DNA of 64,000 nt from Diplonema japonicum (GCA_964019335.1 OZ025710.1:1-64000), one strand, 5' to 3'. Positions 48,829 through 60,931 are shown, counted from the stretch's first letter. Notes: generated by a model from the letters alone, not told the origin. Made by a program: numbers and translations.

Positions 48829-51800
48829 TTATACTGTGTTCCTGACGGAGTGGAAGTGTTTTGGAGACACAGAGCTGGTTGGCATGGACAGTGCATCAGT
48901 GCCCTGTGTGCCTGCGGAGTTGTGACGTGAGAAGCTTTCCAGCAACAAGTTCCTTTGCCGTGTAAACTCAGCATCATCTAAGATGGAGTTTTTGCTGTTG
49001 TTGGGCAGCGGGGGCGGCGGTAATGTGTTCCTGTTCCCTCCTTTCATGTGTGCTACCTGTGCCTCAACACCTTTAGTGGAAGCCAAGATGTCTTCTATTT
49101 GCTTTCTAGCTTCGTTTATTTTGTCGTGCAAACCGGGCTTCTCTTCTTGGGAAACAGCTTGGGGCTGCACTTGTGCGCTGAAAAGGTGTTGCAGCTGCAA
49201 AGCCTCACCGCTGCCATAACTAGCACTACCTATTCCTGGGCTGGTACCTGTACCGTTAGCACCAGGGCTAGTGTTATTGATCCCCGTGGGGCTGACACTG
49301 TCACTGCCACCACCTAACACTAAAGCAGGGCTTGCACCGGTGTTCTGAGAATTCCAAGATAGACTTTTTTCCTGCTGCGGCAGCTGCGGTTTCTTGTCAC
49401 TGCCTGTAGTCTTGTCGAGAGCTTTCGGGGGAACAGTAGTAATCAAACCCGTTAGCGATCTGGTACGTGGCTTGGCCATGGGGTCTAAACAAAGCAGCTC
49501 CCTAACCTCAGTAAACACCTGTCGTGAGTAAGCCTTGTTGTAAGCACACATACTGCGATGGTCTGTTTCCATTCTTCCTCTAATTTCAACGCTGCGCGCA
49601 ATGCTTGGATGTCCTTGCTGTCGTCCAGCTCCCTGTGGCAGTGGTGTGCATTGCGATGGCATACCGTTCACGCAGCTGTTTCCGCAGCTCCGCTTTCTCG
49701 TCTGCAATGGAATTGCATTCGGCTTTTATTTTTTCTCGGAGCTTTTGTTCGTTTTCCAGTGCAAACTGCAAGCTTCGCTTCTCAACGTCTATGTCTTTGG
49801 CTTGCGTGGCTGAGGTCTCTGCGAGGTTCATTACCGCTTGCAAGTTGCGCTGCATTGCGATGATCTGATTCTTGACTACTTCAACCGCTTCTTGTGCCAA
49901 CTTGTCTACCTCGTCGTGCGGCATGTCAGTGGTCTCGTCCACTGACGGCAATTGGTTCAACTGCTTCACAAGTTCGTCAAGTTCTCTCTTCTGCTTCTGC
50001 TGTTTCAGTGTTTCCTCATCACCGCCCATGCACATTGCAAAGTAGTCTTGCTGTTTTTGGTTTAACTGCAGCAGCAAGTTTTCCCTCAAACGTGACCTGC
50101 CCAAGGCCGTCTGCAAACCCTGTTGAGAGATTTGGCAATCGAGGTGCAGGAATACCTTGTTCTTTCTATGCAGCATCGTGAACTTCATCTCGTCGGACTG
50201 CAGCGTCAAGGCTGCGTTCTGCAACTGGTTCTCCGGGAACTCCTTCAAAGTGATCTGTGCCTGTCGCAACTGCTCTTTTGTAAGGCTCAGTTCGATCTGT
50301 GATGCTTTGCCAGCGATCCTTACCCACACACCTGTATCTCTGCCTTGTCACGCGATATAGCAAGGCTCGCCTCTTCTAACGCCATTTTTTGATTTGTCGA
50401 CATCTCGCCCAGTCTCCGCTCGAACAGCGTCCTCTCCTCTGCCACGTCGCTCACAAGTCGTTCCTGAGCCAATGGTCAAGGTTTAATTTCCATACCTGCT
50501 TCGTCTTCAAGCTGTTCAGTGCCTTAATGGACTGCGTCATCCTCTTTTGCAGCGCAGAGTGGGTCCCGATAATCAACCAAAAATACTTCTTGAGCCCCTC
50601 GATGTCACCCTTGTGGAGCATCATGTACACCTCAGAGCAGATGGTCTCAAACTGTGGCTTCGTTTCTATAATCTCAAGCATACCTCCTCCTCCACAGGCA
50701 GCCCATCGAAGGATGGCGACCCTGCTGTAGGCAGTGTGTAGTAAGGATCATGTTCCTCTAGCTTCGTCTCCCTCTCACGCATGTATTCAATAGTTTTCTT
50801 CATTTTCGCGAGCTTGTCGTTCAACCTGCTCATCTCCTCATCCTTCTCGAAATCCTTCTGCAACTGGTCATCGCAGCTGCCACCGTTCTGTTCGTACTTG
50901 AATAGTCTCAGCTTCAACTCCTCCAACTCCGCCTCTTTCTCTGTCTCCACCTGTGCTTTCTCTGTGGTGAGCTGTCGTATCCTCAGTGCCATCGCGAGCA
51001 GATCATTCACAAGAGCTGCAGGAGGTGTTCCTGAATTCACGTGAGACACCACTGCTTCCCGCAAGCTTCGTGGTGTCACAGGTGTTCCCGAGAGCAGTGG
51101 CTGGATAGGTGTGGAGTTCACCTCTGGTTCACGATTCTCTCCTTCCTGTAGAATCAGCAGCCCTTGCAGCAGCGATTTGCAGTGTTCGTAAGCTGCCACA
51201 CATTTCTGCTCTTCCTGCTGTGCCCGTTCTTTGTACTGATCAGCGAGGTCTTTCAAGCTTGTATTTGTTTTTTCCATCGCTTGAAGCAGAGTCTCTTCCG
51301 ACACCTTTCGTTGGCGCAGCCGCAGCAACTCTTCTTCAATTGTCTCCCCGCTCTCGTTACTGCCTTGTCTTATGATGTCCTCTTCAAACCTGTGAGTGTT
51401 ATCAAGAAATCGGCGCATACTTGACTTCGGCAGCTACACGTTTCAGCTCTGCAGCAAAGTACGACTGCAGTTCGACGATTTTACTGGAGTAGCCAACGTC
51501 GGCAAGGTTGAGCTGGCTTTTGAGCTGCTCACTGTGCATAACCTTCTCTCTATCGAACACAGCACCCATTTTGGCCATCGACTCTTCGCCAGCTTCCACT
51601 GCACGGCGCTTCTCCTCTCTTGCCAGCTGGAGCAAGCGTTGCAGTTGATTGATCTGTAAGATGAAGAATGGCCCATGGGCACAGTGACATACCTCGAAAG
51701 TGAGTCTTGTGATGAGAGCTTCTCCCTTCACCTTTGACTTGTTGTCCTTCCACAGCACTTGCGAGTTCACAGGGACGACGTCGTTGCTGACCTGCAGCCC

Positions 51801-54800
51801 TGCCCTGTTGAGGGTCGCTTCTAGTTGCTGTATTCTTTCGGATTTAAAGGAGTTCTCACGCTTCAAGATATCCATCTCTTGGTTGTCTTTGTAGTTGCGT
51901 ATCTTCTCTGCATCGTCTTGAGACATCAATCGCATCTGAGGTGACCGCGAACTATGCATAGGGGAAAGCTGCTGTTGCTGCTGCTGCTGCTGCAATAAGT
52001 ACTGCTGCTGTTGTTGCTGCTGCTGTAGTTGTTGCTGTTGCTGTAGTTGTTGTTGCTGCTGCTGCTGCTGCTGTTGTTGTTGTTGTTGCTGCTGTTGTTG
52101 CTGTTGCCGGTTAGACTGTACAAGCGTTGCTGGGTTGAGATATATCGTTTGATTCGGTTCGAAGTTAACGACAGCCATCATCCCCTCTGACGTTTGTTGG
52201 TACTCCAGAAGCTTCCCCACAGCACCCCTTAAGTGGGGTGTGTTCAGAACTTCAACAAACTCACCGATCTGCAGCAGCGGCGCTTCTTGTTTCTTGGGGG
52301 CTTCTATAACCTCTAAGTTGCTGGGCCGTACAAGCTGAGGGGGTTGACAAACAACTAAAAGCATCATACCATCGGTCCATGTGGAGGCGAAAACTTTACC
52401 AACACCCTCAATCCATCAGATGCCAATTGGTGCCCCACAACCTCACCAGTCTGGCCGTTCAGAGGGTCACCAATCATGTCTACTGCTTTGACTGTGGAAC
52501 CGGGAGGGGGCGGGTCTTTCTGTGGTGGTTTCGTAGTTAGAAATTAACGGTGCTACATACAGGTGGCGCTATGGTTCGTATGTTAGCCGGGACGACAAGC
52601 ATAGCACCATGCGGAGGAGGGAACTCGATGAGGATTCTTGTGCCGTCGGTGCCCTCGCCCAGCATCCTACCCTGGACACCATTCAGTTCTGTGTTGCCTG
52701 TCATGCCGAAGGCTTCCACTAGAGCACCGATTTCAGGAATGGACGGTTTCGGTTTTGGTGGTTGCTGTTGTGGAGACACCTGCAGTGGTGCTACCTGCTG
52801 TTGGGGGGGAGCTTGCTGTTGATGCAGCGGCTGTAATTGCGGCTGCTGCTGCTGCTGCGGAGACTCTAGTGGCTCCTGCGGGTTTGGCTGCTGTGACGGT
52901 CGGTGTTGGTGGATGTTGTTGCCTTTGCTTACTGCCTTCACGGAGGCTTCAGACTCCAAGAAGAGAGCAAGGGGTTTGCAAATTACATGTGCAAAGTGCA
53001 AGCTAAAGTGTTTGGACTGTAGCAAGCTATGCAAAAAGTACAGCATCACGAGCATGGAATAGCATGTCTCGAACTTGCCTTGCATGACACCTGTAACGTC
53101 CAACGGCAACAGAGGGAGATCTAATTGCTGCATGCAGTCCTCTATCACTGCGAAGTTTTTATTCGCCTCGGCCTCTGTGGTGGCGTTGGGCCTCCAGTCA
53201 CACGCGTCCAGGTCAATGATAGCAGGAAAAACCTTTGCGAAAAGCCTCATCAGTACAGCACCATTCTTCAGCTTATCAAAAGATTTGTTGCATGGAATAT
53301 CAGTAACGCTGGTCACCCACTCTAGGAGGTACTCCTTGTCTATAATCCTGTCCATGTCGGTTTTCCCTTCATTACTCATTTTCCCGCATTTCCCTGTAGG
53401 TGGTGTTGTGTATGGCTTGTAAAAATCTACACTACATGGACAGCACATTAAACAAATCTACATTTTCGTGTGTCGCTGTTTCTCAATTTCTCAGCATCTG
53501 CAAAGATGCTTCCTGTCAGCAGTACAGTGTCCTCTGACACTTTGTCCAGCTCTAAAAGTGGTGCTTGCTGGCTTCGCTGGTGCAGCATAGCAGCAATGTC
53601 CTCTTTTGCTTGCCGAATCATGTCGTCTTCAGTGTTTCTGGTGCTGTTTCCAAGAATGGACTCTGAATAGTTGCTGCTTACATGAGCCGGCACTGTGTAC
53701 ACGGCAGGTGCAGGCAGCAATTTATGTTGCGGAGGCATAGCGGAAACAGGAGGGACAGGTGTTGTAAGCTCGACGTGACCGCTGACCACAAGGGTATTCG
53801 CAGGCTTGGCTTGCTCAGTAGACCTGTCCTGCAGGACAAGTGGTCTTGCCTCATTCTCTCGATTCTCCCCACTCTCGTACTTGAATAGTCTCAGCTTCAA
53901 CTCCTCCAACTCCGCCTCTTTCTCTGTCTCCACCTGTGCCTTCTCTGTGATGAGCTGTCGTATCCTCAGTGCCATCGCGAGCAGGTCATTCACAAGAGCT
54001 GCAGGAGGTGTTCCTGAATTCACGTGAGAAACCACTGCTTCCCGCAAGCTTCGTGGTGTCACAGGTGTTCCCGAGAGCAGTAGCTGGATAGGTGTGATAG
54101 ATGTGCAGTTCACCTCTGTGTGGTCATCTTCTCTCCGAGCCGTTAACAACCCTTGTAGCAAGGACCTACAGTGGTCGTGGGCCGCTGTTCGCTTCTGTTC
54201 CTGTTCTTGTGCTCGTTCTTTGTACTGGTCAGCGAGATCTCTCAAGTTCCTATTGGTTTTCTCCATCGCGCGCAACAGTGCTTCGTCTGCTACTCCCGAA
54301 CAGCTTTCTAAAGCAACAGATTGCTGCAGCTCAATCACATGTTCGGCTTGTTCCTCCAAAAGACATTTTACAATAGAGTCGTGCTCCTGCTTCAGTAATG
54401 CCTGTTCCATCTTCAGTTTCACACTGCACCTGCTCACCGTGTCGGCACAGGTCCTCTCGGCAGTACGCTGTGACCGTTTCGCCAGCTCAAGCTGATTGCG
54501 AAGCATCTCATTTTCTATCTGCAGTCTTGTGTGGCTCTCGCTCACGTCAACTTTTTCTATACTTTCTGGCTCTTTCCCTACCTGTCCTTCTAACTGGGTG
54601 CTTGTGGCTGCGGGGATGGTGGCGTCCACCTTTCGTATGTTAAGGGGGTTCATAAGCATCGTGCCCGCTTCAGGGAAGGCTACGACGACTCTCTTGCCGT
54701 CAGCACTCTCCTGCTGCCCTATGACAGTGCCTAGCTGACCCTCGAGAGGGTCCCCCGACATTTCGATAGCCTGGACTGTGTCGTCCTCTGAGAAATCAAC

Positions 54801-57103
54801 AACAGGCCCAGCTATGGTGATTAGATTCCATGGAAGGACAAGCATGGTACCATGCGGGGAGGGGAAATCGATAAGAACTCTTGTGCTGTCAGTGCTCCCC
54901 CCCAGCATCCTTCCCTGCACGCCATTCAGCTCGGCATTGCTAGTCATACCGAAGGCCTCTACGAGGGCACCTACTTCCGGTATCGCGGGAGAGTGGCCTT
55001 GCCGCACCACGCCTAAAAGGCCGCCGCTGGTCACAAGTTCTGTCATTCTTGGTGAGGATATGAATTCTGAGAGATATGATGGAATGGGATGGGCCAGAAG
55101 GGCTTTTACAGGCTTAGTGCTGTGGGCATGGTTGTACACGAAGTAGAGGAAGACAAGCAAGCAGTAGCACGGTTGGAAGTCCCCTGCGGTGACCCCCTCC
55201 ACGTCCAGCACCTGGTGAGGGATATCCAACGCCTCAATGGCCTCGCTCAACACTTCAAAGTTCGCCACCACATCGTCGTCATCGGCAGGTTCCGACACCC
55301 AGTCAGCCACACCCAAGTCCACCACCATGGGGAACAACTTCGAAAACAACCTCACCAGCATCACACCATCACGCAACTTGGACAGTGTGAAGCAGTTCGC
55401 AGAGACAACGTCGGACATCCATCTCAGCAGCACGGGCTTCGTGAGCTGGTTGTTCATACCTGTGAGGTGGATAGACAGGTTGCAGATACTAAATACATGC
55501 CTACCTAAGAATACACATCTAGCCTCCTTATAAACATACTACTCTCTTCGCTGAATCTGCTGTCACGTAGCAGGCGCAGCACACCTTTCAAGCACCTAAT
55601 CTGCGTGCTGTTGAATTCAAACCGGTGCTCCGCTGGGAAGGAGATGAACACACAGAACAGACATTGCGCCAGAGCATCTCTCTCGCCACTTGCTGCCCAG
55701 CCTACCCTTCTGCTAATGTTCAAAAGAACCTTTTCTTTGTCCTCTATTTTGAGGTTGTCAAGTAAGTTGACAAAATGCCTAGGGTCATCCTCTACTTCCG
55801 TGGGGGAAAGGAGTGCCAGTGAAACCTTATCCAGAGTGCTCATACAAGCAGGCACGGGAGGAGGAGACGCTGCTGGGGCATTGCCTCTTTTCATTCCGCA
55901 GTACGCACAGAACACATCAGCAGTCGATAGGGGCACCTTGCCGCAATCAGCGCACTCGTCGGCGTCTTCATGCTTGAAGACTCCAGCAGGGCCCAGGTCC
56001 TGCAGCACTTCCTTCGCTGCCTCGCGCACTTCCTCTACTGTGTCTGTCTTGCTCACCTTCTTTGCAAATGTCTTAAGCTTTTCTACAGCCGTCTGAGACG
56101 GTGCCCACCTGCTGCCAACACCACCCTTGCACAGCACCTTTGCAATGCAAAGTATGCCATGCCGTACCTTCCAATTCTTGCTACTGATGATGCCCATGCA
56201 TTTTTGCAGCACCTTCTCACACGTGACTGGCAGGAGGTCTCCAACACTGTACAAGGGTGCGTGGTAGGAGGCCAGCAACAGCACCATATCAAGGACGGTC
56301 CCAAATGTTTTCAACAGGGCGGGCTGTGCCTCTGGGAGCACTGCTGCAGGGAACCCAAGGAAGAGCTCCGTGACCGCTGTAAACGCAGGCTGCAGGGTTT
56401 CGTCCAGCTCACCATTGCAGGGCCCGCTGATGGTGCCGGTGACACCAAGCAGCAGGTCTTCAGAGCTGCGTATGACAGCATCAACCAACATGAGTGCCCA
56501 GAACTGGTCGTTTGTGGAGTGCGAGACGAAAGGCATGACAGGCGCCAGGAGGGGGTGGAAGAAGCGTGGGTAACGGTTGTGCATGGGCAGCTCGTGCTGG
56601 AGCGTCGCCAGCGTGGACGTGGCCATTGCGTGTATCTCGAGCACGTCGTCCTGCCGTGAGGCGGCCTTGCTGATGGCGACCAGGGATCGCCCTAGCAGAT
56701 CCAGGTTGAGGAGGAGGGGTTCTGGGAATTGCTGTGCAAAAAGCTGCAGCACCCAACAGCTGAAGCGGATCCCCCAAGGTGTCTGCACGCACTTCATCAT
56801 GGCAGCACTGTCACGCAACAGTCTCTCGCGGTCGGTGCTGTCGATGAGCAGCCTCCCGTAGTCCCTACCTGCTTCTTCGTACGTGTCACGCAGTTCCCCT
56901 CTCTCGAAGATGTCCCGTACCCTGTCCCCTGTTGTGTTGTTGTGCACAGAAGCTGCCTTCCTCCGAGCGACCCTTGCTACTGTTATCTCCGGGATGCCGT
57001 TGCTCCTGCTTCGGGCTTCGGCCCTCTTGCCATCAGGGGACTGTCCTGCCCTTCTTTTAGTGGTCAACTTCAGTGGCATCCGGGGCACATCTTGCGAATA
57101 CAT
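48829..57103 (-). CDS. Multi-exon microtubule-associated-like protein (~2,592 aa if all exons join): TORTIFOLIA1/SPIRAL2-like HEAT domain, Zn ribbon, two [CH + SH3-like + coiled-coil] units, polyQ
   Basis: Twelve GT-AG introns all join in frame: 55460-55539, 53394-53461, 52520-52560, 52335-52369, 51654-51692, 51390-51420, 50652-50683, 50464-50495, 50297-50331, 50120-50155, 49633-49664, 49519-49553. The spliced length is 7,779 nt. CH domains begin LLRWMSD..LRDG and LLEWVTS..LKNG. HEAT clues are RDTY, NWKVRH and DTVEEVREAA. The two longer introns could instead be trans-splice gaps between separate genes. Confidence 0.8.
50892..51113. repeat. 222-bp direct repeat, copy A (copy B at 53875-54096)
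   Basis: Ungapped alignment with 5 mismatches counted by eye. Confidence 0.92.
51969..52107 (-). repeat. CAG/CAA polyglutamine tract
   Basis: More than 40 Gln codons with a few L/Y interruptions, inside the reading frame. Confidence 0.95.
53875..54096. repeat. 222-bp direct repeat, copy B
   Basis: Matches 50892-51113; encodes TPIQ..SGTPVTPRSLREAVVSH...LKLRLFKYE. Confidence 0.92.
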
Positions 57104-57118
57104 GAAAGGGCCCCCCTT

Positions 57119-57150
57119 CTGTAGAGATACAAGAGGCAAGAACAACACTA
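57119..57150 (-). promoter_or_regulatory. Putative trans-splice acceptor for the HEAT/CH gene
   Basis: GTTGTTCTTGCCTCTTGTATCTCTACAG|, 15 nt upstream of ATG 57103. Confidence 0.5.
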
Positions 57151-57844
57151 CACCTTGAATAAAGGGAACTAAAAGGGATGTTGGGGTTTTGTTTTGAGAG
57201 GGAGGGCTACACAGCCGAAACAAAGCCGGCGGGGCTTTGGTTCTACCGATAGCCCCATTTAATTCACATCGCAAAAAAGAACAAGGCACATAGTGTTTTT
57301 TTTTTTTCTTTTTTTTTTTTTCTTTTTTTTTTTTTAATTTTGGCATTGTTGTTTTTGGGGAGAGAGAAGAACAAAAAGAGGGGGAAAAGAGGATTTTGGA
57401 GTGAAGCGCCTTTCGATTCGACTTCTCCATTTTGGAAGGACAGCCACGAGCAAGGCAGAGTACACAGCGGTGGTGGTCATGGCACACAACAAAACGTACA
57501 CTTAAAAGAAAGCAAGGAAAAGTCGAATAGTAAAAGCAAGACCTCGGAACAGGCGAGATTATAGTCTGTCAGCAAGTTCTCCATATTACAGAAAAGGAAA
57601 GGAAAGGATATGAGGGGGGGGGGGGGGGGGGGTAAAAGACATAAAAGGAACTAAATGTGTGACGAGATAGCCTTATGCTTGGGACGTCGATTCCGGTCGC
57701 CAGAGCAAAGCCAGCTCTGCAATTGTATTTCAGAAGCAGTTTTTCTTGTTCTTTTTTATTTATTTTTTTTTTTTTTAATTTATTCATTCAACCCCAGCAA
57801 AATTTTCGTGAGTGGGAGTGAAAAGCAGAATTCACTTTATTTAA

Positions 57845-58099
57845 GAAGCGGACGCAGCAGGGTTCACCCCTTTCCAAGAGCCATACGAAAAGGAGTGGGC
57901 ACGCTTTTGTGTGTTTCATAATTATAGGAAGGAAGAAAGAACCCGTTCGTGGAAGAAGAAGATTTTATTCTCTATTTCAATGACATGAACAAGCAAGGCC
58001 TGCTGCCAGTTCAGTCCGGGCGGCTTATTCAAAGCTAAACTCGGTTGTGAAGAGGAATTACAACAAGCAGTTGCAAGAGGTTTCAAGAAGGCGAGTCAA

Positions 58100-58137
<38 letters not shown>

Positions 58138-58215
58138 GAACATCTTTACCCAAGAGCAAATGATGGAATTTCAGCACCGAGTGTGCACTGCCGAGGCACA
58201 TTGTCTTATTCTTAG
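57845..58215 (+). pseudogene. Degenerate N-terminal fragment of a Crypton-like tyrosine recombinase
   Basis: Across frameshifts it reads PYEKEWARFCVF..EEEDFILYFNDMNKQG/AASSVRAAYSKLNSVVK..(A-run)..KANIFTQEQMMEF. This follows the order I recall for Crypton N-termini (Y.k.y..F; E..ll.YF; st.w..YS.L; KK..vft.e.i..F). No catalytic domain is seen. Confidence 0.45.
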
Positions 58216-58252
58216 TTCACACACTCAAATTTTTGCTGTCGTTAAATAAGAA

Positions 58253-58401
58253 TATTTGTGAATATAAGATTGATGATTTCACTTGTGGCGGCAGTTTTGA
58301 CTCGTTAAACGTTATAACACATGCTTCGTGATATAACCGTCATTACTTCACTCGTCAAATCTGCCACCACACGAATCATGGGATCTTATATTCACTAAAT
58401 A
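58253..58401. mobile_element. ~150-bp imperfect palindrome (MITE-like foldback)
   Basis: Perfect 13-bp inverted repeat GTGAATATAAGAT (58258-58270) / ATCTTATATTCAC (58383-58395). Nested arms are TGTGGCGGCAGTTTTGAC / GTCAAATCTGCCACCACA and GTTATAACAC / GTGATATAAC. Confidence 0.65.
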
Positions 58402-58944
58402 AATACATATCAAACTATTTAAAAAGGACGAGGCGCGCTAGACTACTAGCGATCAACAAAAAGAAAGAAATTATATCGCAAAGGGAATTTTAAGGTGCCA
58501 CACCACCCTACCCTTGTCTTCTATCGAAAAAGAAAAAAAAAACTTTTTTTTTTTTTGGCCCCAAATCAAAAATCAGTTTTTGGTGGACGAAAGCTCGTTT
58601 GAGCAGTACTAATTAAGACGAGTTCGGGAGTCCGCAACAAAGTGTTTATCAATATGGTCCTTTAATGGCTAAATAAACTTTCTTTTTTAAAAAAGACTCT
58701 TACAAGTCTCCCGGCTCAGCCCATGTGCCGGCCGGCAACGTGCAAGGAGTAGGAGTGGTGGGAAGGGAAGACGAGCAAAACGCTGTTCGCCAGAGAGACC
58801 TTTTTTTTCTTCCTCCTTTTTTTTTTTTTTTTTTTCCCCTTCTTCATCCAACTCATTTTTCTCATCTATTTCACGCTCTCTGGGGAAAAAAAAAAGAAAA
58901 AAAGAGTGTTGTTTTGTTACTCCCCCCCCCCCCTTTTCCTCTAA

Positions 58945-60633
58945 CCCCTAAAGGCCCGGAGCCTATCTACGGTCCCCCCCCCCCCCCCCCCCCATTTTCG
59001 TGTTGCTTTAAATACTCAAAAAAAGGGCAGCATGCAACCATAGGAAGGTGCAAGGAAAGGGTAAACGGTACTAAAATTTTCAATTCCAGGTGCCAGATTC
59101 AGATGAGAACACTTAACTATGTGTGTAAGAGGGGGGTTGAGGGTGTACTTTTTATGTCCGATTTTGGGGGGTCTTGTCGTGGGGGGTCCGTGGAGTTATG
59201 GCTGGGCTAAAAAGGGCAGCATTCAGCCCTATTTGGTGCCCTGAACTCTAGGATTGAGGTTAAGGGGGTTTTGCAACAGGGGCACCACGTTTGCACCTTC
59301 TTCCCGCACCCAGGAACAGCACAGAGCACCCTCCTCACCTTCGTTCCGTTCACCATGGTCTCGGAGGTGTGATTTAGGGTCAAATCGAGACGTTTTGGGT
59401 ATTTCTGAGTGAGTGAATCCTCATTGCTAGCGTGTTTGCGCTTGGGGGTCGGTGACGGTGTTGTCGGGGGGTGTGTGCTATCGGTTTTTGGGGCATGAGT
59501 GAGAGCTTGCCAACAAGTTCTTCTTTGAAGCTCGGGAAGCCATAATTTTTGCCACATTCCCTGCTTTTCTTCCAGATTATGGAGGAGTTGGCAACACAGC
59601 TTTCCAGGACCCAATAAAAAACCACCATGGTCCACTTCCGGGTTTTCATATGCCGAACTCCAGTCCCCTGGAGCTGGTCTTGCCGGTCAGGGGTCGACAG
59701 CAAACCCTTAGGAGTCGACAGTACGCATGACTAGGTCCTGTGTTGTGGACTTCTTGCTGAAAATGTTGAAATTCGCCAGGTAACCGTTTTATGAGTCGCA
59801 TGTAGCGATTACCTTGATGCCACCGAGTTGCTTTTTCGTGGTGCCATGACTTTTATTGTTGTCGGGATAACACTGTCGTCAACAGACAACCACTTGCCAG
59901 GGGTCCGCACAGTCCTACACCGGTTGGCAATGATGTCAAGAAACCTGCACATGAGGTGCAGTTCCAGGCCTTCCAAATGTTTTCCGGGTTGTCGAAGGTG
60001 AGGTAGCGCTGTATGTCAACGAATCGGTTTGCTCATTTTCTCAAAAGCCGGGATGGTTAAATTAGAATTTGTTGTCCAGTAGCTCTTCATGTTCGGTGCC
60101 GAGCGTAAACCCATTAACAGGACCAACCCAAGCCAAATTTTGTACTCTGGGATGGAAAGATTCAGATTCCGCTGTTTTTTTGAATCGAAACGACCGTTCG
60201 TGGAAGAAACTATGAGCTCAAGGACCGCGTGTGCAAAAAAAAGATTAAAAACACCCTCCTCATTGGCCGCTTCACCTAGAGGTGTCCTAAGCCCACCTTT
60301 TCACAGAAATGATATGTTTTGGGCCTTTGGGAGTATTTCTCCCACCCAAGCATCGTTTCCGGCCCCTCTTTGACCGCCTCATCGTCTTTTTCTTCTTTAT
60401 CTGACCAGTCGGGGGAGACTCACGTTTTCGCTGCTATTTTGGCCATCTGATTTCATTTTAAGCCAACCCTGCCGGTTTCAATTAAAACAAAACTTTTAAC
60501 GCAAAACCAAGACAAAATAAACCGCGCAACAATGCCATATTTTGAAGTCCAGGGGCCGTGTTCAAAAAAAAGTACTTAGCGAAAAAGCAAATTTTGAAAT
60601 AAGGACAAAAACGTCCGTGCGGGCCTTTAGGGG
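58945..60633 (-). mobile_element. Internally deleted, decayed piggyBac transposon (1,689 bp)
   Basis: 14-bp TIRs CCCCTAAAGGCCCG (58945-58958) / CGGGCCTTTAGGGG (60620-60633), with CTAA on both flanks. Minus-strand transposase fragments: WLGLVLLMG..YW, RFVDIQRYLTF, PGKWLSVDDS, GIKVIATCDS*NGY, DRQDQ..RKWTMVVFYW..N, and a C-terminal Cys-rich domain. Confidence 0.92.
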
Positions 60634-60647
60634 CTAAGGAATATTTA

Positions 60648-60684
<37 letters not shown>

Positions 60685-60802
60685 CAACGCCTTAGAAGAT
60701 GCTCTCGCACCTTTCTTTCGCTTCGGTTATGTAAATTTCCTAAAAAGAAATGGAAGGGAAAATCAGGAGGGAGGGAGGGAAAAGGGGGGGAGAGGTTCGG
60801 TG

Positions 60803-60896
60803 TTGTGCGCACGAGCGGTATTTTACCTAATAAAATAGCTCTTTACGCTGCCATCAACTAGTTGTTAGTCCCGACAATAATGTTGTAATAAAAAAG

Positions 60897-60931
<35 letters not shown>

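Noticed and set aside
57104-57487. N-terminal extension of ORF 55505..57487
   Set aside because: Runs through homopolymer tracts and lies upstream of a good splice acceptor; ATG 57103 is preferred.
57942-60208. 15-bp word CCGTTCGTGGAAGAA shared by ~57942 and ~60194
   Set aside because: Isolated match in unrelated contexts with no extension.
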